From positions 116,564-136,563 of the forward strand of contig JAHBMJ010000124.1 in NCBI GenBank assembly GCA_018398765.1: DNA of 20,000 nt, read 5' to 3'. The stretch's first letter is position 1. The number at the start of each line of letters is the position of its first letter. Both the position numbers and the translations under genes were made by a program. Positions 1-12,660 of this stretch are shown here, in pieces. Origin of the DNA: Chromera velia. Lineage: Eukaryota. Below the pieces are notes generated by a model. The model was not told the DNA's origin. It saw only the letters and a list, made by a program, of their open reading frames with translations, and did not search any database.

Positions 1-6
1 CTATCC

Positions 7-97
7 CGAATCGAGTGCGTGTGCAGCAAGCAATCGAGGTACCCGGCAAGGCAGTCAATGCAGCTTCTCTCGAATCGAGTGCGTGTGCAGCAAGCAA
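7..97. repeat. 27-bp direct repeat CGAATCGAGTGCGTGTGCAGCAAGCAA (7-33 and 71-97)
   Basis: Two identical copies, 64-nt period; may continue beyond the window edge. Confidence 0.85.
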
Positions 98-1561
98 CCC
101 ATTTAGGGAACCTGCGCGCACCCTGTCAGTCGATCGAGCTTAATTCGAGCCGTCAATCGACTCGCCCCCTCGGTTCGAAGCTTTTTCGTTAGATTCAGAA
201 GCGTTAAAAGAAAGACGGTGCATAAGCCCCCACTGGCCGTCGACCTCTCTCACAAAGTTAGTCCCCCCAGCGATCCATCCATCACTTGGTTTACTCACGT
301 ATGCTCTCATTCATGCACAAGCAAACTTGGATCCGACTCCATGACAGGCGGTGCTTGAATTGAATTATGTGAATGATTGGCGCACGCAAACGACGACAGG
401 CCACTTCGAAGACAATGCACGCACCCTTTCCCTTCCGCTTCAACGAAGGTCTCCTTTTTCGATATGCCCACAGCATCCCTACCCCCCCTCCTCTTAAAAA
501 AATTCCTCCAAGCCAGACAGGCCTATCGATCCCACTGCCTGCAGCCTCTCTCCATCTGTCCTCCAAATCAAAAGATACAGCTGGATGAACACGCACGTGT
601 CTGAATTAATCCGTGAGGGGGGGTACAGGTCCTGTCAGAAAAGCTGTGATTTTACACGGGCTCCCAAGGGAAAATCTCTATTGAATTCGGTCAATAAGAG
701 AAAAGCAGGCGGCGAGAGGCCCGACATGATGCGGACTGAAACGCATGCATTCAGGTCAGTCACCAGCAAGCGAGGAGAAAACCAAACGTGCAGACAGACA
801 AATCTGAGAGTCATAAATAAAGGAAAAAACCACACCCTCCCTCAATCCCCTCCCCCCCCCCTGCATTCCCTTCTCTCTCTAGAATCGGAAGAAAAGAGAG
901 ACGCCCAAAACCTCAGCGAGACGATTTGGCCTGCCTCAGATTTGAGCGCTGCCTCCCTCTTGCGATTCCACTTCAACCAAAAAACAACAGGCAGTAATAA
1001 AAGATCAAATACTGCATGGCTGTCACGCACATTGCAAGCCTCCTGAGTAAATTCAGGAGACGGTCAGGAAAGATCTGACCACTGTTTCTTCTGTAAAGTC
1101 TTCATGGTCATCTAACGGTCTTTCCTCTTCTTCTCGATCCTTCGATCCTTTCTGTATTCTTCCAACCACCAACGCTCGCACGCAGGCTTTTGCCTCAATT
1201 CTTTCGCGCGATGGTCTTTAGAAACTTATGTACTACTCTCTCCCTCTCTTTCTCTTCCCCTCGCTTCCTGATTTTTTCTCGAAAGCGATGAGAGAAAAAC
1301 AAACCTTTAAAATGTTTCAGGCTGATCCTTTCTCGTTTTCAACTACCGCCCGCATTTACTTTCCCCATTCCCTTCCCTATCCTTCTCTTCCCTGGCCACT
1401 CTCGCCCCTCCCGTGCCGCAGCGCATTTGCGCGTACACGTCAGAAGAGTGATTTATAAAAATTTCCCCCTTTCTTCTTCTTTTACTCGCTTTCTACCTAC
1501 AGACTCTCCATCTGATCTGATGCATTGAAAAACACGCTCTCCGCTCCTGTCTAGTATCAGG

Positions 1562-1935
1562 TCAGTCCTGCTCCTCCATCTCGTCCATCTGCCTCTCAAA
1601 ATCTTCGAGGTCCGACGCGCCCTCATCCATCCCTGCGGGGCGATCAACAGCCGCTGCCCCTCCCTGCTCGGCAGACGGCCACCTGTGACTCCGTGCACGT
1701 CCTGCAGCTGGACGTGGCGGTGCCGCGGGAAGGGTAGACGGAGGAGGAGGCCTGAGAGGGGTAGAGGCCCCGAGGGTCTCCCACCCAGAGTCGACGCCCG
1801 ACTGTGCGATTGCGTACGTCCTCCCCCCTGTGCCTTCCTCCATATCGATCGGCCTAGGCACCCTCAGGTGTCTGGGTACAGTGTCTGCTGTGGCCTCAGA
1901 AGAAGGGGGATACACTGGGGGACGGGAGGGACCGG
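1562..1935 (-). CDS. Receptor exon 32 (terminal exon ending DLEDFERQMDEMEEQD-TGA)
   Basis: TGCAG acceptor in phase 1, GC-rich open frame, TGA at 1564-1562. Confidence 0.8.
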
Positions 1936-4900
1936 CTGCAGGAAGGACAATCAAGGGGGGCAAGGGGGGAAACACGCGGCAGGCAGTTATGCATCCTGAA
2001 TATGTGTGTGTGTNGCGAGTGAGTGAGCGAGAGAGAGAGAGAGAGAGAGAAGAGCCGGCTTTGCTTTGTTTCTGCCATTTGCAATTATTGCCAGCACACA
2101 AATACGAAGCAGCCTCGCACAAAATCAACAATAACAAACTGAAGAGAACCAAAAGAAATTTAAACCTTTCCGTTCTCTCACGGTCTACCTAGCTGTCTTT
2201 TAATTGTGCCTGTCAACAAACGAACCTGCAGATCCTCTGGGTGGGGGTGAGGAGAAGGAGTCCCTCTGGTACCCTGTTTGTTCCCATTCTGGTTCGTCCA
2301 TGCTCTGTCTGGATGGCCGGGCGGGGTTCGGCATCTGTCGTGCTGCAGGACGTACATTGGCAATTCCAAAGGAGATCCCACTGAAGTTATTCGCTTGGGG
2401 CTTCAGGGACTTGGCAGGAGAGTAATCGTCATTCCCGGCGTCTCCGAGATCCGATGCCCCCCCCCAGCCTTCGGATTGAGAAGACTTCCCAGGGGCAAAT
2501 CCGACGTGTCGATTCCTGCCGCCCTGATGCGGCGCTCCGTGGTCCTTCACAGCTGACTTGGTCACAGCTGCACCGTGTGTGTAGGTGTCTTCTGCTACTC
2601 GACTGCCCTGTCGGCTGTTCACGCGATATCTCAGAGAGCTGGCAGCAGCGGGAGGAGCAGGAGGAGGAGAAGGTGTCTGGCCGGGAGGGAGGCCGAAGAT
2701 ACTTCTGATTCCTCTGGGGCCATAGACTCTGCCGTTTTCCTCTCCTTGATCTGAGTAGCCGTCTCCTTCATCCTCGTAGTCTCTGTCGGAACTTTCGCGT
2801 TCGACCTCCTTCTCCAAATTGGAGAGAGACAAAGACGAGGCTCCCCTGAAACTCCGCATTGATTTGGCCTTCTCGGGGCTGAAAGTATTCATCTGGTTCT
2901 CGTCCCACTCGGGTGGGGGCTCGTTTCCGGATCTTCCTCTGCTTCTCCTCTCTGTGAGGACGCGCTTGGCTACAAAGTCGCGATGGTGTTTGATGGCGCC
3001 CCCGATGGTGTTTTGAGCAGCCAGAGAGAGAGGAGCTGCAGAGAGAGTTGAAAGGGCGGGGATGGGAGTATGACGAAAGCTTGAAAAAAACCTGGAGAAA
3101 CAAGAAAAATATAAGAAAAATGGGCACATTTCGCAAAAAATAACCCGAAAAGGATGAATCCCTGTTGGTAGAGCACGCGGGCACACACCTGTCTCCCTGC
3201 GTTATATCTTCTTTCTCTGCCTTCATGTGTTCCTACTGAGTCAAATCAGATGATCTCAAGCTCGGCATGAATGTGTTCAGAGAAGTCAACAGAGATTGGA
3301 GCAAAGAAAGAAATGAATAAACAAACTTCTACAGCTCTCGACTGACTGCTTGAGTCCTCCCTTCGGATCCAACAGAGTCTCTTCAGACTTCCCGTGTTCA
3401 GAGCTTCGACAGAGATCAACCGAAGCGCGTCCAGGAGCTGTAGGGAAACAGGCAGGCAGGCAGGCGAAAATGAATATTCACATGTGAACGCTTGCTTGAT
3501 GTGCATGCCCCAAAATCTGGATTTTAATGCTCACACACATGCTTTGTTCAGTGACTCGTTGCTCATGCGTTTGTATGTGTTCTGCTCAACTTTGTTGTGC
3601 TAACTTCATGTTCACGTGCTAGGAAGCTTTCTGACTGTACACGACACAGTCAGTGTGTACTGACTGCCTAACTGACTGAAATTTGACCGACCTACCATAT
3701 GTCTATCCATCGCATTGAGGTTCCAGATGAACCTTTCGAGAGAGGCCTCGTCCAGACAGGCCGCGTGGGAGACGTAATCGTTGAACAATTTGGCGATCGT
3801 GATCACCTTCAGCTCCCCGTACCCGGGTCTTCTCATGGCAAAGAACTGACGCACAGCTTGGAAGTAGGCCAGGCAGCAAGCAGCCATCACGACCAGAAGC
3901 ACCGCGAAGGTCCAAACCATCATCTCAGTGTCAGGCAGCTGCGCAAAAGGGAGGGAACAAGCAAAGCAACACAGTGAGGTGAGCCTCAGACCTGGGGGAG
4001 ATTTGACAGAAAAAATAGTCTGTCGCTTGCAAGACCCTCAACAAACTGCTGTCCCTCCCTCCTCTCTCTCTCTGGGAGAGAGGGCGGCTTGGAAAGCGAA
4101 AGGTGGGGAGCTTCCTCCACTTCGCTTCCTCCACTTCACCTCCCCCCGGCCTCTTTGTGTCCCTGCTTTTCGTTAGGTTTTTCTCGTACTGCCCCGACTC
4201 TTCCCATCTGTATCTGGCTTTACTTGTTGTGCACGTTTTTTCCCTGTGCTCCTCATGTAACTTTTGATTCATTCCAGCCTAGGTTTCTATCTGCTCAGCT
4301 CTCACTAGTTGATAATTGACTGCATGGTTGACTGACTGACTGACTGACTGACTGACTGACTGACTGACTGACTGACGTCCTCTACTGGCAGCTGCGTCAT
4401 TGCGTAGAGGCAGATGCAGAGGAGGCCAGAGAGGAGAATCACCTCCAGCCAGTTGTGCATCTTTTGAGGCCCTGCAAATTTCCATCACAAAGGATGGATG
4501 GATGGATGGATGGAAGGAAACACCAGTACGTCATCAGGCATGGAGGCGGCGCACTGCATTCCATTTGTTCAGGAGATGATGAAAGAAGAAGGTTGGAACT
4601 TCAGGGAGTGAGGAGCAGCAGAGATAAGCATACAGATAGAACACAGGCCAGACGCGCTAATTGAAATGTGTGACTTATTCAACCAAGCTGTCTGTGACCG
4701 TCGGAACGGAAACAGCACATTCCATGAGTACGCAGGAGCTTGCGCAAAGAAAACAGGGGCACGCAGAATCTTTCTCCACTCAGGTACGAAAACTCAAAAC
4801 ACACACTTGCAGTTTTTTTTTTTCAAAGAAATGTGCTCTGTCTGCCTGAATGACGATACATATGTGTGTCTTCATGCATACATGTAACGTGTCCCCCTCC

Positions 4901-5678
4901 CCCTTAGTTTGTGGCTGACTGACAGGGCCAGTATACACAGAGGAGGATGAGGGAGAAGAGGCAGACGATGAAGAGGAAGGCCACCTGGAGGTGCTGTTGT
5001 CGTGTGACGACTAGACACAGAACCAGCAGGAGACCACGGAAACGGGTGGCAAGCTGGTACCACCTGCAGAGAGAAGCAGTGACATCGACAGCACCACGGG
5101 CAGAAAGAAAATGACTCGTGGCCTAGAACTGCAAATGTGGAATGGCAGTGAGCTGATATTATTTCAGTCAGGGACGAAAAGGAAACATAAAAGGGAGAAA
5201 AACAAGCAGACATGAAAATGGCCAACGAGCCAGCACGTACGCCTGGAGGGAGTGGCAGGCTTTTCTGATTCCTTGGCAGTAGCCTGCCTGATTGCCTGAC
5301 TGACCATCTGTCAGGCCTGAATCTGCTGAATGAGACCATGAAGTTGTATCTGATCCTGAAGTCCGGAATGGTGGGATACAACCTGCAGGCATGCGCATCG
5401 AATGGCAGGGATTATTGATACTTTACAGACATGCATTTGAAGCGTTGTGTAGATACATGGTGATCGTGTCAATAGGCATATATCTTCCTTGCTCATGGAA
5501 TACTGCCGAGCACTGCAGCAGGAAAAACAATAAAACCATTCAGATAAAGACGAAGCACTGAGTGGCTGCGCAGATAGAGCTCCCGAGAACAGGCACAAGG
5601 GCAACTGGAATGTTCAATTTTTCCCTGTCAACCGAACCGAAAAGGCACACAGCCATGCAGCCCATGCATGCAACAAAA

Positions 5679-5710
<32 letters not shown>

Positions 5711-8700
5711 CGGGGTGCCTGCCACACGACGACTGCGCACACAGCCAGCAATGCGACTGCGTAGATGAGGGTGGAGACGATGGCCACAGGGAAGAGAGTC
5801 CACCTGCATCCAGTCACTCAATAAGGCAGAGGATCGCACACGCACATGGGCACACATACATGCACACATACACATGCACTCGGTGAACGACGCACAGAGA
5901 GTCGCAAAGAGACCGAGGAAGAACGAGAAAAAAGGAAAAAGAAGATTTGAAGAAGAACTGCATGCCCTCTACTTGCGTGTCTCCATTTTCCTCCCTCTCC
6001 CACCTACCAGGTGGTCTCATAGCAGAAAAATGAAGGGTCCGAGACCAGAAAGAATCTCCCGTTGGGATGTTCCTTGCAGATGAACAGCTCGAGGGAGGAG
6101 TGGGTGACGGAGATGAAGAACGCACTGAAGAGGTATCCGTAGGTGTTCAGGACCATGTTGAAGTCCATCGGCTGGAATTCTTTCTTAGGTCTTGTGGCTA
6201 CCTGGTTCTCACCCCCTTCGCCTTCTCCCTGTGCAGCTTGGTCTCCTTCTACGACTGTGCCCTCATCAGCCTCTTGGTGTTCTTCCTGATGGTGCGCTCT
6301 GGGGTGGCGTGTGTGTCTCGTTACCGTGCCTGCACCCATCGTGGCTGTTGCTCTTCTCCTTCTCCTCTCTCTGACGATTGAGGCGATCAGATGGGAGATG
6401 CCGTAGCATGTCGCGAGGATCAACACGACCATTACGGGCAGGAGGATTCGGATGAGGTACTCCGCCATGTAGGGCTCCTCAGACCAGGCGGTGTCGATGC
6501 ACTCCAGACGGAGGAAGTCAAAATCTGCAGGCAGGCAGGGAGGAAGAAGAAGACTGGGATCAGTTGATAAAAAAAAAACAGAAGATGAGAAACCGACCTC
6601 AAGCTGACTCGAAGCAGTGGCAGTTTGTCCCAGTTTGCAGCGCTCACTGACATCGGCATGGCTATCCACTCGTGCACAAAAAATGTGAGAGTGTAAAGCG
6701 CATCGAGTGAAAGCGCAAAACAACACTAGAAAACCGGCAGGCATGCCAAAAGACTGACTGAAGAGCAGAACTGAGAGTTCGTTGAGGGTCCTCCTCATCA
6801 GTGACTGTCCCTCTGCAGAGCTGGCGATGGTTTCCGTCTCTGTGACTGAGCCTGATGTGTTTTCAGACTCTGCCGTCTCCTCGGCATCCTTGCTGCCTGT
6901 CGTTGCAAAGTACGGAGTGAACAGCGCTGCCGACTGGAGGAACGTGAGGACCATTCCGCACACCGAGAGGAAGGAAGCGTAGGAAGCCGCACGACGCCGA
7001 GGAGGGCCGTTCAACTTCCAGTAGGCAATCAGGGGAGCTGCAGGGAGGGAGGGGGGGGGGAGGTATCAAGCAGGTGCGAACAAATTTGTGTGGCTCTCTC
7101 TCTTGGCATGCCACCATCAGAGGTGTGAATTTGGCGATTGACCTTGAACAGCCGAGATAGATTCGATGGCAACACACATTGATGGCTGTAACGATGCAAC
7201 GCAAGACACAGTTGCGTGAGGTTGCGTGGATGCACGCATGAGACGAATTGAGAGTCACCCAAAAAAACTCAAGAAGCACAGACGACCGACCGATGGCCAA
7301 AGTCAGGAAGGCAAGGACAGCGAAGATGATCACAGTCCACGTCCTGCCTCCGCAGTCCATGCATTTACCCATCGTCCCAGACCAATATCTTTCCCCAGTG
7401 CAACGGTCGCAGAAGTGTCTGCAGTATGTGAGAGGAGTGTGCCGCACAAATGTTTACGCAGTGAGCATGTGCTCCGTGCCCACGGAGTAATTCCGCATCA
7501 CAAGATTCCAAGAGGACAGAAGCAAAACAGAAAGAAAGAAAGAAAGAAAGAAAGAAAAGAAGAAGGGGATGAGAGAGAAACAAATGCAGAACAGACTCAG
7601 AGAGAATCCAGAACACAAAGCAAATCCAACCAGACAAATGCACCCGAGCATCAGATCGATGCACTCTGTCTCTCTTACCCTTCAAAGTCCTCCGCACACT
7701 CCCCGCTTTTCCGTTCTCCCGGACATGCTGTTGCAGAAACGCATTCATACACAGACAGAGCTTCAAAGCGTTCTGCGTAGGTCTCGGAATCGACGGGTGC
7801 CGCGTAGTATCTGCAAGGAGAAAAGCAGTCACACAGTGGTTGTTCAGGTTGAAAGGGTGGAAAAAGAGACGACAGAGAGTAAAGAAGATAATATCTCCAC
7901 CGGTTCTTGCGATAAGAGAACAGGAATACCACCTCTCCTCTCTCTTCATAATGCATGCTTGCATACTGGAACGTAGAGTCTCTCAGCAGCTACTGATCAG
8001 AGGTTTCTAATCGAGCAACCCGCCCTCGCCCACCCAACCCACCCCACCCCTCCCCACACAGACTGACCCTGCAGCAACCAGAGGAGGAGAGTCCTTCTGC
8101 CCGCTGGGGTTCACGCATCCCTCTCCGCACATCACGCAAATGCCGTCCTTCGGGATGAAGTAGTAGTCTCTCTCGCCTGCATGCAGCCTCATAAGGTTCG
8201 CATACATGCATGAGATATGGACACATGGTGCATACATACATCGTGATCGTTCTGTTTTTCGGAGACTCCGTTTCTTCCGTCGAAATACAGACAGAGAGAC
8301 CGACCCACGGGGTCACACGGCGTGAGTTAGGTCAGGTAGATGAGGAGTCAAACACGACAGATATGAGGGCGAGTAAGGACTTTCTCAATACAGGTCGTAT
8401 CTTTTGAGAAGCATAAACGTGCGACGGATTCGCATTGATCCCAAAATGAGGGACATGACAGAGGAGGGCAATGGCATTGCAATTTGGTCAGTCAGAAATA
8501 GAAGGGATGAGAACGAAACCCGTCTCCGCAGAAAGATAACATAACCAAGTTCACGGTCAAGTTCCGTTATGATGATCAGGCTGGCGGGCTTGGGCTTTAG
8601 AGAAGTGGGTGTGTCTGTCTGTTGAACTGAAAACTGACAGATGCAATCGCGCGTGGCGTTTGCAGATGCTTCGACCGAAGTCGTGAAGTTCGTTCCGCAC

Positions 8701-9794
8701 TCCTGCACGCACATAGACGTAAAGAGAAACGATTCAGAGCGAGGATCAAAGCCACGAAGGAGCTCTTTTTCTCTCTCTCTCACACACACGCACTCACACA
8801 CACGCACACGCACGCGCGCGCGTTGCAGATATCGTGCTTGTCACCATCCACCAGCATGCACACGAACTCGGACGATCTCTCGACTGACCAAGCACCCGGT
8901 CTGCCCGTACTCTTCCTGGTAGGACCCCACGGAACATCGGAGGCACTCGGAGAGACCCGTGGTGTTACTGAAGTACCCGGCAGACTGCAGGATAAACAGA
9001 TGATAAGAAGAATACGCGAATTCAAACATGAGTGCATGACGAAGTACATACACCGAGAGAGAAACCACTGGCATTCCTAAGTACCTTGTAGAGTGCATTC
9101 CCGTGAGACAAACAACTGAATTAAGACGCCCAGTCAAACATACATGCGAAAAACATCAAACTTCTGTTTCTCGTCTCGCTAGTTGGTCACTGTCTCATCT
9201 TGCTGAGTCCGTCTCAGCCTCTGTCTACATCTTGGTGATACAACGAAAACAACGAAGGCGCTCCCCTTTCCCCCCACGCAGAAGGGGACTCACACAGGCG
9301 ACGCAAGAAGCGCTTCCCGTTGAAGACTGCGCAGTGCCTGCCGGACACACAGTGCAGGAGCTGCTTCCCGTCTCTGGAGCGTGTGTTCCTGGGGGGCAGG
9401 AGGCACAGCTGCAAGGGGGCGGGAGAGAGAGAGAGAGAGAGAGAGAGAAAGAAAGAAAGAAAGAAAGAAAGAAAGCACGGTGCGGTGCGGCGGGACGACT
9501 GTGCCTTCATCGCTGTAAGCTCACTGAGTGGAGGATAAATTGTCTCATTCGTAGCCGTGCGGCGACAGATCGAAACAACTCCGCTAGAATAGCAGGTTGC
9601 ACCGAGAAAAACGGTCAAAATTAGGAACAGTAGACTAGAAACCCTGGGCAACCATCTAGGGCATCCAAAGAGAGAATGAAACTAAAGAAAAGAAAAGAAA
9701 ATCCGCCAAACGTGCTGTGAAAGAAAGAAAGAACCTCACTGACATCGAGCTCTGGGACTCGGAAGCAAACGTTCCCTCAGGGCACTCCTGACAC

Positions 9795-9837
<43 letters not shown>

Positions 9838-12471
9838 CGCACAGAGAGAGAAAGAGAAAGAGTCATATGAAGACGTACACTCTCATAGATCAATGCGCTT
9901 ACTATTCAGCAGGGATGTCAGAGAAACATCGCAGAAAGAAAGTAGGCACATGCCAAGAATGCATCTCGTCTCTTCCGTCCCGTTTCCTTCGACGAGCATC
10001 TAGGCGGAACTTTCTCTATCGCGTCGGACCGTCTTCTCAAATTTTCCGTCTCATAGTCTGATGGCTGTTTTTCTTTTCTGACTGCAGCCTCATCTGCTCT
10101 ACAATTTTTGAAAGAAGGAATGGGCACGCGCATTTCTTCTACTTCAAAGCAGCTGCACCCATTATGTATGTTTCGCGCGTTGACTGACATTGAACTCTGC
10201 TCGGACCCTGCGAAGGTTCCAGGTGTACACTCGTCGCACCTGCAACAGCTCATAGAGAACAACAAAGAGAAACACGATCAACAGAATGGCAAACGCAAAC
10301 GCTTGCTCCACTCATTCGATCCCTCTGTACCCCCTCCCACACGCATGGAATGCGCAGTAGAACCCTCCCTCTATTGTGCTGCCTATGTCTCTTGTAAGAC
10401 AATTTTTCTCCGTGGCTTGCCCACCCCCCGATGCACCAACCGACTGACTTGGTGCTGCCGACGCCGGCAGAAAACCCGACACCACAAGCTGTGCAGCTGC
10501 AGTCGGATGAGAACAATTCAAACAATCAGACAGACAGACAGACAAACAGACAGACTGAAGCAGCCGCAGCAAACAGTCAAAGAATTCGAATACACTCTTG
10601 CAAAGCCGAGGAAAGAAACTCGTGAATGAGTTTTTCTTGCCCCGCATATTTCAAATGGACTGTCTCCTTTGTGATCTCTTCGATAACGCTCCCACGAACA
10701 TTCACATGCATTCCCCCTCATGAACGCAGCAAGATCCTCTCTCACACGGATAGAATGAATACCTGGGAGTTCCGCACATTTTATTCGCATGGTTGCGCAT
10801 TAGAAAAGAACCAAAATTACTTGTGTAAAGCGTCAGGCTCCAAGACAAGAATTAGGAAGAACAGTTCCTTTGAGTCTCAGACTGAAAAACAGACCTTGTA
10901 GAGCCTGCTGTATCTGAGTAGGTCCCCACAGGGCACTCCTTGCAGCTCTCGAGGAGTTCCTCACCTGCAGATACAGACAGACAGACAGACAGAGGGAGGG
11001 GAGAGAGAAACGAGAGTTCAGACGTAGGGAGACCATGACGAAGAAAGACAGCAAAGCGAAAACTGCTTCGACAAAAAAAGAAAAAGAGACCCACAGGACG
11101 GCAGCAGAGCGCTGTGGAGAGAAAAACGGGGATGAAGAAAAAGAGAGAGGGAAGTGCGGGCAGGTTCAGACTCGGTAACTTGCCTTGTGATTTCATTCCG
11201 TGACACCACCTGAGAGTCTCTTTTGTATGTATGCTCTCGACTCACCAGTCTCATCTTGGTATGTCCCTGCAGGGCAAGGCTGGCACGTCCACTCCACGTC
11301 TGCGTAGAACCCGGCACCACACTCGGGAGGGGCAGAGGCGGGGGGAGTGGAGGAGCCGTCGTAGAAGGTCCACGCGGTCAGGTTGAAAAGAGGAACGCCC
11401 AGAGGAGAGATGTCTCCAGCTGCGTGCGTCGACAAATTAATCCATGCATGTGGATCAAATACATGTCTTTATGTACACACAAACAGGATCCCGAAAGGGA
11501 TTCGAACGCTTGACAGAAGTAAAGCGAAATTAAAAAGAGCAGGAAAACAGGCAGCGGGAGAAGAGAGAAAAACGGGAAAGCAAGAGACAGAAAATGCAGA
11601 TGATGGTTCATCATTCAACGTACAGTCTGACTGACAGACTTACCGATGACCCGATTTCCCGGAACTCCTCTCCGAATGTTGTAAGCGGAGAGCCTTGCGG
11701 GTTCGTTTCTGTCCCCTGTGGTTTCGGAATAACTCACAGGTCCACTCACACCTGCAAAAGAGAAGAGAGAAAAAAGGAAAGGAGGAACACCGGTCACCCT
11801 GTGTCTAACACATCAATTTTGTTTGCTCAAGGGTTTACTAGATGATCGCCCAACAATTGCCAAAAGCTGGTAGAAGGCAAACTGGACACCAGTCGGAATA
11901 GGCAAAGAATCATTCGGACAGGAGACAGACAGATCGTCGGAAGGAGGCTTTTCCCTCTCAAGTCATTCTCCACCTCTCTTCACTGACCGGTGAATGAGAA
12001 ACTGTTGTTGGCGATGCGGTTGAACAGTACCGTTCCTCGGATATCAGCCATCGCCCTCCCCTCTGACAGAAGCTCGTTGGTGGCTGCCAGGACGGTCATC
12101 GCGGCGTCGAAGGCTCTTGCAGACTGTCCGCTGTAGGGGTCGGGGTCGACTCCGGCATTGAACAGTTGAGAGGGGTTGGTGATCTTCCCGAAGAACTGTG
12201 CGTACCCGGCGACACCAAATTGGTGGAAGTCCCCACCGGCAGCTGCACAGGAGGTCGGGTCTGTTAGTCCGGCGTCGCAGATCTCGGATGTGAACTCGCA
12301 GCCTGTGGCACAGGAGGCGGGCTGGAAGGTCCCCCAGGCGCCCTCGCAGGTTGCGGCGTCGGGGTAAGTGCCTGATGTGTCGCATGTTGTTGCTTCTCTC
12401 ACGCATCCGCCTGCACATGTATACACGCATAGTGTCACAGGGGGGGATGGGCACAGAGAGAAAGGGAGAGG

Positions 12472-12508
<37 letters not shown>

Positions 12509-12550
12509 GCAGACAGACAGACAGAGACAGAGAGAGAGAGAAAGAGAGAG

Positions 12551-12588
<38 letters not shown>

Positions 12589-12615
12589 CGGCAGCGACAG
12601 CGACAGCGACAGGGA

Positions 12616-12660
<45 letters not shown>

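Noticed and set aside
7..97. CRISPR-like repeat-spacer-repeat (27 + 37 + 27 nt)
   Set aside because: Only two copies, eukaryotic context, no cas genes, and the spacer partly resembles the repeat
291..1458. Short ORFs downstream of the receptor stop codon
   Set aside because: No recognisable motifs or consistent exon chain; most likely 3' UTR or intergenic
2200..3186. 328-aa ORF as a separate gene
   Set aside because: Its N-terminal part is a T-rich intron end; the coding part joins exon 30 in phase via the TGCAG at 3036-3040
6004..7014. 336-aa ORF as a standalone gene
   Set aside because: It is exons 23 and 24 joined through a 234-nt stop-free in-frame intron (6525-6758) with GTCAGT/TGCAG ends; splicing restores LLFNFDFLRLEC. 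Retention is possible but unsupported.
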